From positions 8,928,001 through 8,992,000 of the forward strand of contig CM075994.1 of the NCBI GenBank assembly GCA_038087875.1: a stretch of 64,000 bases of DNA, in the 5' to 3' direction. Source of the DNA: Malacoraja senta (Eukaryota). Below, piece after piece: positions 50,111 through 62,055 of this stretch. Made by a program: the position numbers and the translations under genes. The notes beneath the pieces are model-generated. The model saw nothing but the letters and a program-made list of their open reading frames with translations, did no database searches and was not told the DNA's origin. Within the stretch, counting starts at the first letter, position 1, and each line of letters starts with the position of its first letter.

Positions 50111-51729
50111 CTGGCCAACAGGTCCCAGCTGACTGATGAAGGCCAATGTACCGAAAGCCTTTTTGACCACCCTATCTACCTGCGATGCCACTTTCAGGGA
50201 ACTATGCACCTGAACTCGGAGATCCCTCTGATCTGCAACACTCCCCAGAGCCCTACCATTCACCATGAAGGTCTTGCCCATGTTAGACTTCTCAAAATGC
50301 AACACCTCACGCATGTCTCAGCTGTCCATTTACCTAACTGTTTCTTAAACGTTGGGATAGTCCCAGCCTCAACTACCTCCTTAGGCAGCTTGTTCCATAC
50401 ACCCACCACCCCCTGCGTGAAAAAGTTACCCCTCAGATTCCTTTCCCCCTTCACCTTAAACCTATGTCCTTTGCTTCTCGATTCCCCTACTCTGGGTAAG
50501 GGATTCTGTGGATCCACCTGATCTATTCCTCTCATGATTTTCTGGATCCGTCAAACTTACTGGAATGGCTTACCCCTGATTCTTAAACCGCCGTCCCTGG
50601 TTCTGGACTCCCCCAAACATCGGAAACACGATTCCTGCCTCTAGCGTGTCCAATCTCTTAATAATCTTATATGTTTCAATAAGATCCCTCTTGAAAGCAT
50701 CCAGAGAATCGGCCTCCACTGCCATCTGAGATACCAAATGGTGAACTACCAAATAGTGAAAGGCTTGGATCCAGTGGATGAGGAGAGGATGTTTCCACCA
50801 GTGGAAGAGCTTCGAACTAGAGGTCTCTCAGAATTAATTCCCTCAGAATTAAGGGACGTACCTTTAGGAAGGAGATGAGGATGAATTTCTTTAGTCAGAG
50901 GGTGGTGAATCTGTGGAATTCTTTGCCACAGAAGGCTGTGGGCCAAGTCAGTGGATATTTTTTAAGGCAGACGTTGGCAGATTCTTGATTAGTACGGGTG
51001 TCAGGGGTTATGGGGAGAAGGCAGGAGAATGGGGTTAGGAGGGAGAGATAGATCAGCCATGATTGAATGGCAGAGTAGACTTGATGGCCCGAATGGCCTG
51101 ATTCTGCTCCTATCACGTTTGACCTTATGACCTTATTGATTAAATTGCCAGCTCTGGAGGGTGTCTGAAGAAGGGTCTCGACCCGAAATGTTACCTTTTC
51201 TCCAGAGATGCTGCCCGTCCCGCTGAGTTACTCCAGCACTTTGTGTCTTTTTCCATCTATCGCTTGACAGGCTTTGTCCGCCCCCCCCCCCACCCAACAT
51301 CTCTTCCAGCTTGATTGAGGAGGAACTGCAGATGCTGGCTTAAACCGTAGCACAAAAGGCTGGAGTAGCTCAGCGGGACAGGCAGCATTTCTGGAGAGAA
51401 GGAATGGGTGTTGTTTCGGGTCGAGACCCTTCCCACCCCCACTCTGTAGCAGGGTCCTAACACGAAACTGTTTTTTTGCGTCTACCTATGTCCTGTTTCT
51501 GAGCTGTAAAGTCCTGTTCTGTTGACGCTGCAAACCAGATGCCTGCCTGGCTCTTTTGCAAACACTATTTTAGTTTTTTTGCTTGTTTGCGTTATAATCA
51601 GTTGCAGAACAGCTATTGGGAGAGGCGTGGGCTTGTTTCTCGAAGACCAGCTGCATGATGTGCAGTCCCCACTGGATTTCCTTGGTGTTTGTGTGTGCGT
51701 GTGTGTGTGTCCTGCCTTTTCTGTGTGTG

Positions 51730-52485
51730 GCCAATTAGGAAAAGGGGAGATGCAACGAGATCTGGGTGTCATGGTACACCAGTCATTGAAAGTAGGAATG
51801 CAGGTGCAGCAGGCAGTGAAGAAAGCGAATGGTATGTTAGCATTCATAGCAAAAGGATTTGAGTATAAGAGCAGCGAGGTTCTACTGCAGTTGTACAGGG
51901 TCTTGGTGAGACCACACCTGGAGTATTGCGTACAGTTTTGGTCTCCTAATCTGAGGAAAGACATTCTTGCCATAGAGGGAGTACAGAGAATGTTCACCAG
52001 ACTGATTCCTGGGATGGCAGGACTTTCATAAGAGGAAAGAGTGGATAGACTCGGCTTGTACACGTTGGAATTCAAAAGTCTGAGGGGGGATCTTATAGAA
52101 ACTTACAAAATTCTTAAGGGGTTGGACAGGCTAGATGCAGGAAGATTATTCCCGATGTTGGGGAAGTCCAGAACTAGGGGTCACAGTTTAAGAATAAGAG
52201 GGAAGACTTTTAGGACCGAGATGAGGAAATGATTTTTTACACAGAGAGTGGTGAATCTGTGGAATTCTCTGCCACATAAGGTAGTTGAGGCCAGTTCATT
52301 GGCTATATTTAAGAGGGAGTTAGATGTGGCCCTTGTGGCTAAAGGGATCAGAGGGTATGGAGAGAAGGCAGGGATGGGATACCGAGTTGGATGATCAGCC
52401 ATGATCATATCAAATGGCGGTGCAGGCTCGTAGGGCCGAATGGCCTACCCCTGCACCTATTTTCTATGTTTCTATATTTCTATGT
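51730..52485 (+). mobile_element. CR1 3' portion
   Basis: GKGEMQRDLG...; ORFs 51522-52031 and 52041-52232. Confidence 0.85.
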
Positions 52486-52500
52486 TTCTGTTTTCTCTGG

Positions 52501-52962
52501 TAGTCTTGACAACTATCGCGTATTAGCCGGGACAACCCGTATATTGGGCTAAATTGGTTTGTCCCGTACGGGACCGTCCTTGTCCCGTATTTGACTGCTA
52601 CTACTCGGGTCGAGGTGACTGTCGGGTCGGAGCGCCGCGTCCGGCCCCGCCTCACCAGCGCCTCGCCCGTGGCCCCGTCCGACCTTCAGACCTTCGCTAA
52701 CCGCCGACACCACCACCACCCCTCCTTGTCACGGCCGATCATCGGTTCGTGAGTTGGACGGCGCGCCGGACTTTGCGCGCGGCCCCCGGGCCAAAACTCC
52801 TCAGCTGGCCCGCCGGCTGGGCTTTGTGTGCAGTCCAGCACCCGGGGCCAACTCATCATTCACCCAGCCACGACCGAGTCGGTCAACGGATTGCCGTGGG
52901 GAATTTGTCCCGTGTTTTGACCTTTTGTCCCTTATTTGGGAGTGAAACAGTTGGTGACCCTA
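52501..52962. mobile_element. MITE with degenerate TAGGGTTGCCAAC-type TIRs
   Basis: TAGTCTTGACAACT ... AGTTGGTGACCCTA; GGGACA/TGTCCC subterminal motifs. Confidence 0.55.
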
Positions 52963-53149
52963 CGTCTCTGGTGGCCCGTGGGCCTGGAATGCAGCAAAGG
53001 TGATGTGAATAAGATAATTCTCTATTCTCTGGAATTTGGAAGGATGAGAGGTTATCTTATAGAAACATATCAATTTCTTAAGGGATAGGACAGGCTGGAT
53101 GCAGGAAAAATGTTCCTAATGTTGGGAGAGTCCAGAGCCAGGGAGACAC

Positions 53150-53465
53150 TGCGGTCACAGTGGCGCAGCGGCAGAGTTGCTGCCTTACAGTGAATTTAGC
53201 GCCGGAGACCCGGGTTCGAACCCGACTACGGGTGCTGTCTGTATGGAGTTTGCACGTTCTCCCCGTGACCTGCGTGGGTTTTGTCCGAGACCTTCTGTTT
53301 CCTCCCACACTCCAAAGACGTACAGGTTTGTAGGTTAATTTGCTTAGTAAATGTAAAAATTGTCCCTAGTGGGTGTAGGATGGTGTTGTGTGCGGGGATC
53401 GCTGGTCGGCGAGGACCTAGTGGGCCAAAGGGCCTGTTTCTGCGCTGTATTTCTAAACTAAACTA
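53150..53465 (+). mobile_element. tRNA-derived SINE (HE1/V-SINE-like)
   Basis: A/B boxes and (CTAAA)n tail. Confidence 0.85.
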
Positions 53466-53586
53466 AAAATAAATGGGTAGGCCATTTTGGACTGAGATGA
53501 GGAAACCACTTTTTGTGAATCTGTGGAATTCTCTGCCACAGCAGGCAGTGGAGGCCAATTCACTGGATGTTTACAAGAGAGAGTTA

Positions 53587-53863
53587 CGGGCCTGTCCCAC
53601 TTGCCGATTTTTTAGGCGAATGCCGGCATCATTGACTGACTATCAGGTCACCGAAAAAGTCGCGGCGTGACGCGGCGTGATGACGTATGATGCGACGTGA
53701 TGCGGCATGATGACGTATTGACACTCGGTGTCTCAAGTGTCGTAACATTTTTTTTGTCGCCGCTGGATCTTTGAAATGTTCAAAATCTTTCAGAGACCCT
53801 GATACGTCAGTCAATGACGCCGGCAGTCGCCGAAAAAAAAAATCGACAAGTGGAACAGGCCCT
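53587..53863. mobile_element. PIF/Harbinger-like MITE
   Basis: TIRs GGGCCTGTCCCACTTG / CAAGTGGAACAGGCCC; TTA on both flanks (53584-86, 53864-66); internally palindromic. Confidence 0.8.
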
Positions 53864-54307
53864 TTACATTTAGCTGTCAGGGCTAAGGGAATCAAGGGAT
53901 ATGCGGAGAACGGGGGTACTGATTCTGGATGATCAGCCACGATCATATTGAATTTTTTCACACAGAGAGTTGTGAGTTTGTGGAATTCTCTGCCTCACGG
54001 CAGAGAGAGGAAATGATACACAGTTGTGCATGTTAACCACAAACAGATGGGGCCCCGGTCAACTCGGGGATACAATCTGCAAGTGGGAATAAGAGGGGGG
54101 AGAAATGCTGCAGAGAGAGCTGAGGAATAGGAACATAGAAACAAAGAAAACAGGTGCAGGAGGCCAGTTCCTCTCTCTGCCGTGAAGGCCAGTTCTCTGG
54201 AATCTTTCAAGAGAGACCTAGATAGGGCTCTTAAAGAGCGGAGTCAGCGGATAAGGGGAGAAGGCAGGAACGGGGTGCTGATTGGGGATGATCAGCCACG
54301 ATCACAT

Positions 54308-54745
54308 TGAATGGCGGTGCTGGCTTGAAGGGCCGAATGACCTACTCCTGCACCTGTTGTCTATTGTCTATTGTCTATTGAATGGCGCTGCTGGCTTGAA
54401 GGGCCGAATGGCCTACTCCTGCACCTATTGTCTATTGTCTATTGTCTTTTGTCTATTGTCTATTGTCTATTGAATGGCAGTGCTGGCTTGAAGGGCCGAA
54501 TGGCCTACTCCTGCACCTATTGTCTATTGTCTATTGTCTATTGTCTATTGTCTATTGTCTATTGAATGGCAGTGCTGGCTTGAAGGGCCGAATGGCCTAC
54601 TCCTGCACCTATTGTCTATTGTCTATTGTCTATTGAATGGCAGTGCTGGCTTGAAGGGGCCGAATGGCCTAACCCTGCACCTATTGTCTATTGTCTATTG
54701 AATGGCGGTGCTGGCCTGAAGGGCCGAATGGCCTCCTGCACCTGT
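54308..54745. repeat. Six tandem copies of a LINE terminal unit with variable (TTGTCTA)n
   Basis: GAATGGC.GTGCTGGCTTGAAGGGCCGAATGGCC repeated near 54308, 54380, 54472, 54564, 54635 and 54700. Confidence 0.85.
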
Positions 54746-56883
54746 TGTCTTTGTTTCTATGTTCCTATTCCTCAGCTCTCTCTGCAGCATTTCTCCCCCC
54801 TCGTATTCCCACTTGCAGATTGTATCCCCGACCTTTGACCGGGGCCCCATCTGTTTGTGGTTAACATGCACATCTGTGCATAATTTCCTCTCTCTGCCGT
54901 GAGGCTTCCTGCCAAAGGAGATTTCGCTGCGCTTTTAGCTGAGTTTGGAGTTGCAGCATGGAAATGGGCCCTGAGTCCACACCGACCTTCGATCACCCGT
55001 GTTCACTCGAGTTCTATGTTATCCCACTTTCTCATCCGCACCAGCGACAATTTTACAGAGGGTGAATTTACCTACAAACTCGGGCCTGCAGGGATTTAAA
55101 ATGAAGCGATCGATGGCTTTACATTGCAGATGGACACTAATTGTTGGAGTAACTCAGCGGGTCAGGCAACGATAGAGCTGTTTCGCTTCCACGAATTGCT
55201 CAGTGTGTTCCCCTTTCTGCAGAACCCCCCTTTCTCCAGAAAAATCGGGTTGTCAGAGTTTCACTTCTGCGCCGGGATGCACTTGCAGAGGAGCTTAACA
55301 TACAAATCAAACGAGAAGCACTTTGCAATTTTCACAAGTTCCAGGAGTAGAATTAGGCCATTCGGCCCATCAAGTCTACCCCGCCATTCAACCATGGCTG
55401 ATCTATCTCTCCCTCCGAACCCCATTCTCCTGATTTCTCCCCATAATCTCTGCGGGTTGCTGCCTTCCAGCGAATCATCGACCCGGGTTCTATCCCGACT
55501 ACGGGTGCTGTCTGTGCGGAGTTTGTACGTTCTCCCCGTGACGTGCGTGAGTTTTCTCCGAAATCTTCGGTTTCCTCCCACACTCCAAAGACGTGCAGGT
55601 TTGTAGGTTAATTGGCTTGGTAAATGTAAAACATTGTCCCTAGCGGGTGCAGGATAGTGTTAACGTGTGGAGATCGCTGGTCGGCGAGGACCCGGTGGGC
55701 CGAAGGGCCTGTTTCTGTGCTAAATAATCCCTTAAGAATTTTATATGTTTCTATAAAATCTCCTCGCATCCTTCTAAACTCCAGAGTATACAAGCCCAGC
55801 CGCTGCATTCTCTCAGCATATGACAGCCCCGCCATTCCGGGAATTAACCTGGTGAACCTACGCTGCACTCCCTCAATAGCAAGAATGTCCTTCCTCAAAT
55901 TAGGCGACCAAAACTGCACACAATACTCCAGGTGTGGTCTCTAGTGGGTGTAGGATAGTGTTAATGTGTGGGGATCGCTGGTCGGCGCGGACCCGGTGGG
56001 CCGAAGGGCCTGTTTCCGCGCTGTATCTCTAAACTAAACTAAAGAAAAGCTTTTCACTGTACCTCGTTACACGTGACGCCAAGCTAAACTCAAACACCAA
56101 TTTTATGTTTCAGGTGGACACCGTGAAGAGCATACTACAGGAGTTCCATAGAAACATAGAAACATAGAAACTAGGTGCAGCAGGAGGCCATTCGGCCCTT
56201 CGAGCCAGCACCGCCATTCATTGTGATCATGGCTGATCGTCCCCAATCAATAACCCGTGCCTGCCTTCTCCCCATATCCCTTGACTCCACTAGCCCCTAG
56301 AGCTCGATCTAACTCTCTCTTAAATCCATCCAGTGATTTGGCCTCCACTGCCCTCTGTGGCAGGGAATTCCATAAATTCACAACTCTCTGGGTGGAAACG
56401 TTTTTTCTCACCTCAGTCTTAAATGGCCTCCCCTTTATTCTAAGACTGTGTGTGGCCCCTGGTTCTGGTCTCGCCCAACATTGGGAACTTTTTTCCTGCA
56501 TCTAGCTTGTCCAGTCCTTTTATAATGTTATATGTTTCTATAAGACCTCCCTCATCCTTCTAAACTCCAGTGAATACAAGCCTAGTCTTTTCAATCTTCG
56601 GTCTGTCGCTAGTTAACTGCCAGAGATTCTGTTTTATTAAAAATCGCTGCAAGTGCCGGAAAGGAAATTAGAAATATTTCGAGTATTCCTACCATCTGGA
56701 ATCGACTACCTGGGAGAAGACGACGGAATCTGACTTTTAACCAGAGCTTGCAGAGTGCAATTGATAAAACCAATATCAAGCACGTTTTCTCACTTTAATA
56801 GACAGTAGGTGCAGGAGGAGGCCATTCGGCCCTTCGAGCCAGCACCGCCCATCACTGTGATAGGGTTTTTAAAAATAACGGAG

Positions 56884-57360
56884 TGTTATGCGCTCCCTCT
56901 GCTGGTGTTAATTATGTACTAACCTGTTTCTCTGATTACCATTAGTACCTCCTGCTGCCTGGCTGCTCCTGACCTGTTTGGAGGCTCCTGGCCCAAGCTG
57001 CATCACGTGAGCCTGATGACGGAGCCTCAGCTTAAAAAGACCATGTGACTGGCAGTCTCCCCCTCAGACTGGTGGCAGCAGTCTGGTGTTGGTTTCGTTT
57101 GTTTGATTGCATAGTGTTCTTTATGTAACTCTTCAATCTGTATTAACTTATTTTGCTTGGGAAGGATGGGACTGGCATTATTGTTTTCGTAGTTTTGCTT
57201 CAGGTTTATTTTAACACTGAGGCAGGTTTAGAGTCTCTGGTCCGACGGCCCATTGAGTGGTCGGCCAGAGCACCCTTTATCTTTTGTTTGATAGCCCATC
57301 CGACCCCCCCTCTGTTTGTTTGATCCATGTTTAGGTATTTTTGTTAGTGAAAAAAAATAA
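56884..57360 (+). repeat. 5' LTR (3' end and PBS apparently missing)
   Basis: Aligns to the 3' LTR up to TTAGTGAAAAA..ATAA, then diverges. Confidence 0.8.
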
Positions 57361-57420
57361 TTTTGTGGTTCTAGTAACCTGTTGTTTTGGCTATTTTGGT
57401 AGCATTTGTGAGCAGGAAAA

Positions 57421-58632
57421 ATGGAATTTAAGGTGGAAGAGTTTGTTGAGACTCCTAGCCTAGAGATGTTTCATCAATGTACTAAGAAAAATTTAGTGTT
57501 GCTTGCAGATAAATATGGCGTTTCTATTAATAAACAGGCAAACAAACAGTCAATTAAGACGTTGTTATGGACTGCTTTGGTAGACCAAGAGGTGTTGCCT
57601 AGTAGTCCTGACAGTCATAAATCTATACAGCCAGTTCAGAACATGGAGGACGTCATTAAACTGAAGGAGATGGAGCTTGAGTCACAGAGAATGGCCTTAA
57701 AAAAGGATGAGCTCATGCATGTTCTTGAAATGAAACGGCTTGAACTTGAGGAGGAAACCAAAAGGGCTGAATTTCAGCTGCGGGAGAAAGAATTAGATAT
57801 TTCCCGGTTCTCTTCTAAAGAGCATGAGTTTGATGTGAGCAGAAATATTCGTTTGGTTCCACCGTTCAGTGAAAAAGAGGTTGATAAATATTTCACTTTG
57901 TTTGAGCGTGTGGCTATATCACTGAAATGGCCTAAGGGCGTGTGGACATTGCTGTTGCAATGCGTCCTTGTTGGTAAAGCGCGTGAGGTATATTCGTCAT
58001 TGTCTGTAGACAATAGCCTTGACTATGAAATTGTAAAATCTGCCGTCCTCAGAGCGTATGAGTTGGTTCCCGAAGCGTACCGGCAAAAATTCCGGCGTTT
58101 CAGAAAATATGATAACCAAACATATGTTGAATTTGCTCGCGAAAAGGAGGCTCTGTTTGAACGCTGGTGTGCTTCTCAGGGGGTAAAAGATTTTGCCCAG
58201 TTAAAGTCCTTGGTGTTAATGGAGGATTTTAAAAACTGTCTTCCTGAAAGAGTAACAACATATCTTAATGAGCAGAAAGTCTCAGACGTGTCTAAGGCCG
58301 CTGTATTGGCGGATGAATATGTGCTCACTCATAAGGCAGTTTTTGGGGAGCGATCCTCTGGTTTTAGTGGGAGACCAGTTGATCGTGGTGGTGTTGCTGG
58401 TAACAGTATAAAAACTTTTTCTGTGCCAGTTGATAGCAGCACTTCAAAGCAGTGGGAAGTCAAACCTGATAAAACTGACAGTGATTTGGGGGCTAAGGAC
58501 AGTCCAATGTGTTTCTACTGTAAGGAGAGAGGGCACATTTGTAAAACGTGTCCCATTCTTAAAAAGAAAAAAAGCGGAGCCGGTGGTTTTGGTCAACACA
58601 CAGAAGGCACATGCAATCCCTGTGGTGCCTGA
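57421..58632 (+). CDS. Gypsy gag ORF (403 aa): capsid/SCAN-like region and CCHC zinc knuckle
   Basis: Uninterrupted ORF; FERVA..WPK..W, AYELVPEAYRQKFR and CFYCKERGHICKTC motifs. Confidence 0.85.
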   Translation: MEFKVEEFVETPSLEMFHQCTKKNLVLLADKYGVSINKQANKQSIKTLLWTALVDQEVLPSSPDSHKSIQPVQNMEDVIKLKEMELESQRMALKKDELMHVLEMKRLELEEETKRAEFQLREKELDISRFSSKEHEFDVSRNIRLVPPFSEKEVDKYFTLFERVAISLKWPKGVWTLLLQCVLVGKAREVYSSLSVDNSLDYEIVKSAVLRAYELVPEAYRQKFRRFRKYDNQTYVEFAREKEALFERWCASQGVKDFAQLKSLVLMEDFKNCLPERVTTYLNEQKVSDVSKAAVLADEYVLTHKAVFGERSSGFSGRPVDRGGVAGNSIKTFSVPVDSSTSKQWEVKPDKTDSDLGAKDSPMCFYCKERGHICKTCPILKKKKSGAGGFGQHTEGTCNPCGA

Positions 58633-60160
58633 GACTGATGATTTGGTGGATTTTTCTCCTTTTGTCATGAGGGGTTTTGTGTCTATGGAGGATGGGGACA
58701 GTAAAGTACCTGTGACAATCTTGCGTGATACTGCTGCCTCTCAGTCCTTCATTTTGGAAGATGTGCTACCATTTTCAGCTGAATCATCTGTTGGTTCTAG
58801 TGTCCCAGTTGTAGGGTTTGGTATGGAGGGCATGGGAGTGCCATTGCATACTGTTAACCTTGAGTCTGAGCTTGTTTCGGGTCGAGTAGCTGTGGGGATA
58901 CGGCCACGTTTTCCCATAAAGGGAGTGTCGTTGATTCTGGGTAACGATTTGGCTGGGGGGAAAGTTTTGGTCACTCCTGTTGCAATGTCCAGATAAATGT
59001 CCAGATAAACTTGCTGAGCAGCATCCAAAAGTTTTTGCATCATGTGTTGTCACTCGCGCTATGGCTAGAAACCAAGCTACGTTTGATGATGAAATTGACT
59101 TGAGTGAGTGTTTCCTTGTGGATCAGGATGGTGGATCCTGTGTTGCGCAGGGTGTGTCTGCATCACAAGTTGGTGACATGTCTGAGACTAAACCGGTGCC
59201 GTTGTCACGTGACCAGTTGGTTGCTGAGCAGAAATGTGATGCCGATTTGTCTGCTTTGATTGACAGCGCAGTGTCAGAGGTGGAAGTGGATTCCTTGTCA
59301 AAGGGATATTTTCTGAGGGATAACTTGCTAATGCGTAAATGGTCTCCTTTGAATGCATCTGGTCAGGATGACTGGAGCGTTGTTAAGCAGATTGTAGTGC
59401 CACATAGGTATCGGAATGAAATACTTACTTTGGCTCATGATAATCCTCTTGCTGGCCATTTAGGAGTTAATAAAACATACGACCGTATATTACGACATTT
59501 CTTTCGGCCTGGGTTAAAGAGGGATGTAGTGCAGCATTGCAAGTGTTGTCATGCATGCCAAGTAGCAGGTAAACCGAACCAGACTATCGTTCCTGCACCC
59601 TTGTATCCGATACCTGTAGTTGGTGAACCTTTTGAACGTATTATGATAGACTGTGTGGGTCCACTGCCTCGAACGAAAGCTGGCAACAAGTTTTTGTTAA
59701 CCATAATGTGTGTCAAACTGTTTTTGAACAAACTAAGAGCCTTCTTGTGTGCGCACCCGTGCTTGCAGCACCCGATTTTGAACGGCCGTTTAAGTTGGCA
59801 GTTGATGCTAGTGACAGTGGAGTTGGTGGAGTTCTTCTGCAAGATGGTTCTGATGGGGTGGAACATCCAGTTTCATACTTTTCTAAAAAGTTTAATCGCC
59901 ATCAGAAATGGTACTCTACCATCGAAAAAGAAACTCTTGCGATGATAATGGCTCTAGATCATTTTGAGGTTTATGTTGGTTCCTCGAATGTTCCCGTCGT
60001 CGTATACACAGATCACAATCCGCTGGTGTTCTTAAATAGGATGAGAAATAAAAACCGACGGTTAATGAGCTGGAGTTTACAGTTGCAGGGCTACAATCTG
60101 GAAGTCAGGCATATCCGTGGCAGGGATAATGTCTTGGCTGACGCATTGTCGCGCCAGTGA
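58570..60160 (+). pseudogene. Disrupted pol: protease, partial integrase and RNase H in shifted frames
   Basis: ILRDTAASQS (PR); AHDNPLAGH...CKCCHAC and IDCVGPLP (INT); VDASDSGVG...TDHNPL...ADALSR (RNase H); frame breaks near 58570 and 58980; deletion at ~59710. Confidence 0.85.
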
Positions 60161-60245
60161 TGTCTGAGCTACTAAATAGTTTCTGAAATTTGGTGGTGGT
60201 CTTTATTTTATTTTCAGAAACATATTCAGTAACTTATGGTGGGGG

Positions 60246-60824
60246 TGTTATGCGCTCCCTCTGCTGGTGTTAATTATGTACTAACCTGTTTCTCTGATTA
60301 CCATTAGTACCTCCTGCTGCCTGGCTGCTCCTGACCTGATTGGAGGCTCCTGGCCCAAGCTGCATCACGTGAGCCTGATGACGGAGCCTCAGCTTAAAAA
60401 GACCATGTGACTGGCAGTCTCCCCCTCTATCTCTCTCTTCCCCCTCAGACTGGTGGCAGTAGTCTGGTGTTGGTTTAGTTTGTTTGATTGCATAGTGTTC
60501 TTAAATAAGTCTTCTGTAAATAAGTCTGTATTAACTTATTTTGCTTGGGAAGGATGGGACTGGCATTATTGTTTTCGTGGTTTTGTTTCAGGTTTATTTT
60601 AACACTGAGGCAGGTTTAGAGTCTCTGGTCCGACGGCCCATTGAGTGGTCGGCCAGAGCACCCTTTATCTTTTGATTGCTAGCCCATCCGACCCCACCCC
60701 CTCTGTTTGTTTGATCCAGGTTTTAGTTCTTTTTGTTAGTGAAAAATAAATAATATTTCCATTTGAACCTGGTTTTGTATTATGTTATTGGCCTTTGAGG
60801 TATTTAACTTTGGCGGCCGTATCA
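60246..60824 (+). repeat. 3' LTR (TG...CA)
   Basis: TGTTA start and GGCCGTATCA end. Confidence 0.8.
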
Positions 60825-61189
60825 GGGGATATGGGGAGAAGGCAGGAACGGGGTACTGATTGGGGATGATCAGCCATGATCACATTGAATGGCGGTGCTG
60901 GCTCGAAGGGCAGAATGGGCTCCTCCTGCACCTATTGTCTATTGTCTATTGTTACATTATTTTCAGAACAAAGTCTGAAATTAGTTTTGCATCGCAGCAG
61001 CTCCATTTACAGCATCACATAAAATATAAAAGTGACTTGAAAAGTCATGCATTAAGACATCAAGATAGGACCCAAAAATACATACATTCAACACAACATT
61101 ACAATAACAGAAGACGACATCTGAGGCCCATCAGCGTGCATTTGATCTGGGATTAAGCGCCGCATTTAGTTCGAGGATTGACTGGTGCA

Positions 61190-62055
61190 TAGATACATAG
61201 ATACATAGAAATTAGGTGCAGGAGTAGGCCATTCGGCCCTTCGAGCCTGCACCGCCATTCAATATGATCATGGCTGATCATCCAACTCAGTATCCCGTAC
61301 CTGCCTTCTCTCCATACCCCCTGATCCCTTTAGCCACAAGGGCCACATCTAACTCCCTCTTAAATATAGCCAATGAACTGGCCTCAACTACCCTCTGTGG
61401 CAGAGAGTTCCAGAGATTCACCACTCTCTGTGTGAAAAAGTTTTTCGTAATCTCGGTCTTAAAGGATTTCCCCCTTATCCTTAAGATGTGACCCCTTGTC
61501 CTGGACTTCCCCAACATCGGGAACAATCTTCCTGCATCTAGCCTGTCCAACCCCATAAGAATTTTGTACGTTTCTATAAGATCCCCTCTCAATCTCCTAA
61601 ATTCTAGCGAGTATAAGCCAAGTCTATCCAGTCTTTCTTCATATGAAAGTCCTGACATCCCAGGAATCAGTCTGGTGAACCTTCTCTGCACTCCCTCTAT
61701 GGCTATAATGTCCTTCCTCAGATTTGGAGACCAAAACTGTACGCAATACTCCAGGTGTGGTCTCACCAAGACGCTGTACAACTGCAGTAGAACCTCCCTG
61801 CTCCTATACTCAAATCCTTTTGCTATGAAAGCTAACATACCATTCGCTTTCTTCACTGCCTGCTGCACCTGCATGCCTACTTTCAATGACTGGTGTACCA
61901 TGACACCCAGGTCTCGCTGCATCTCCCCATTTCCTAATCGGCCACCATTTAGATAATAGTCTGCTTTCCTGTTTTTGCCACCAAAGTGGATAACCTCACA
62001 TTTATCCACATTATACTGCATCTGCCAAACATTTGCCCACTCACCCAGCTCATTC
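61190..62055 (-). mobile_element. CR1 3' portion
   Basis: ORF 61287-62057 (256 aa). Confidence 0.88.

Larger units (their letters stand above)
35490..50543 (+). repeat. Right arm of the inverted segmental duplication, expanded by copy-specific insertions
   Basis: Mirror of 18417-26150 with extra L2 (37981-39176) and CR1 (41490-44101, 45520-48355) sequence. Confidence 0.85.
56884..60824 (+). mobile_element. Ty3/Gypsy LTR retrotransposon, Gmr1-like domain order (gag-PR-INT-[RT deleted]-RNase H), non-autonomous
   Basis: Direct LTRs starting TGTTATGCGC at 56884 and 60246; purine-rich tract before the 3' LTR; gag, CCHC knuckle, DTAA protease, H2C2 integrase zinc finger upstream of the RNase H region. 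Confidence 0.9.

Noticed and set aside
51482-51730. Unique sequence after gene B's TM exon as candidate cytoplasmic exons
   Set aside because: No similarity to gene A exons 4-7 and no convincing donor; the long ORFs here merely run into a CR1 fragment.
58555-58575. Programmed gag-pol ribosomal frameshift at the A-rich run
   Set aside because: The required shift is +1 within a homopolymer of a decayed element; a slippage mutation is the simpler explanation.
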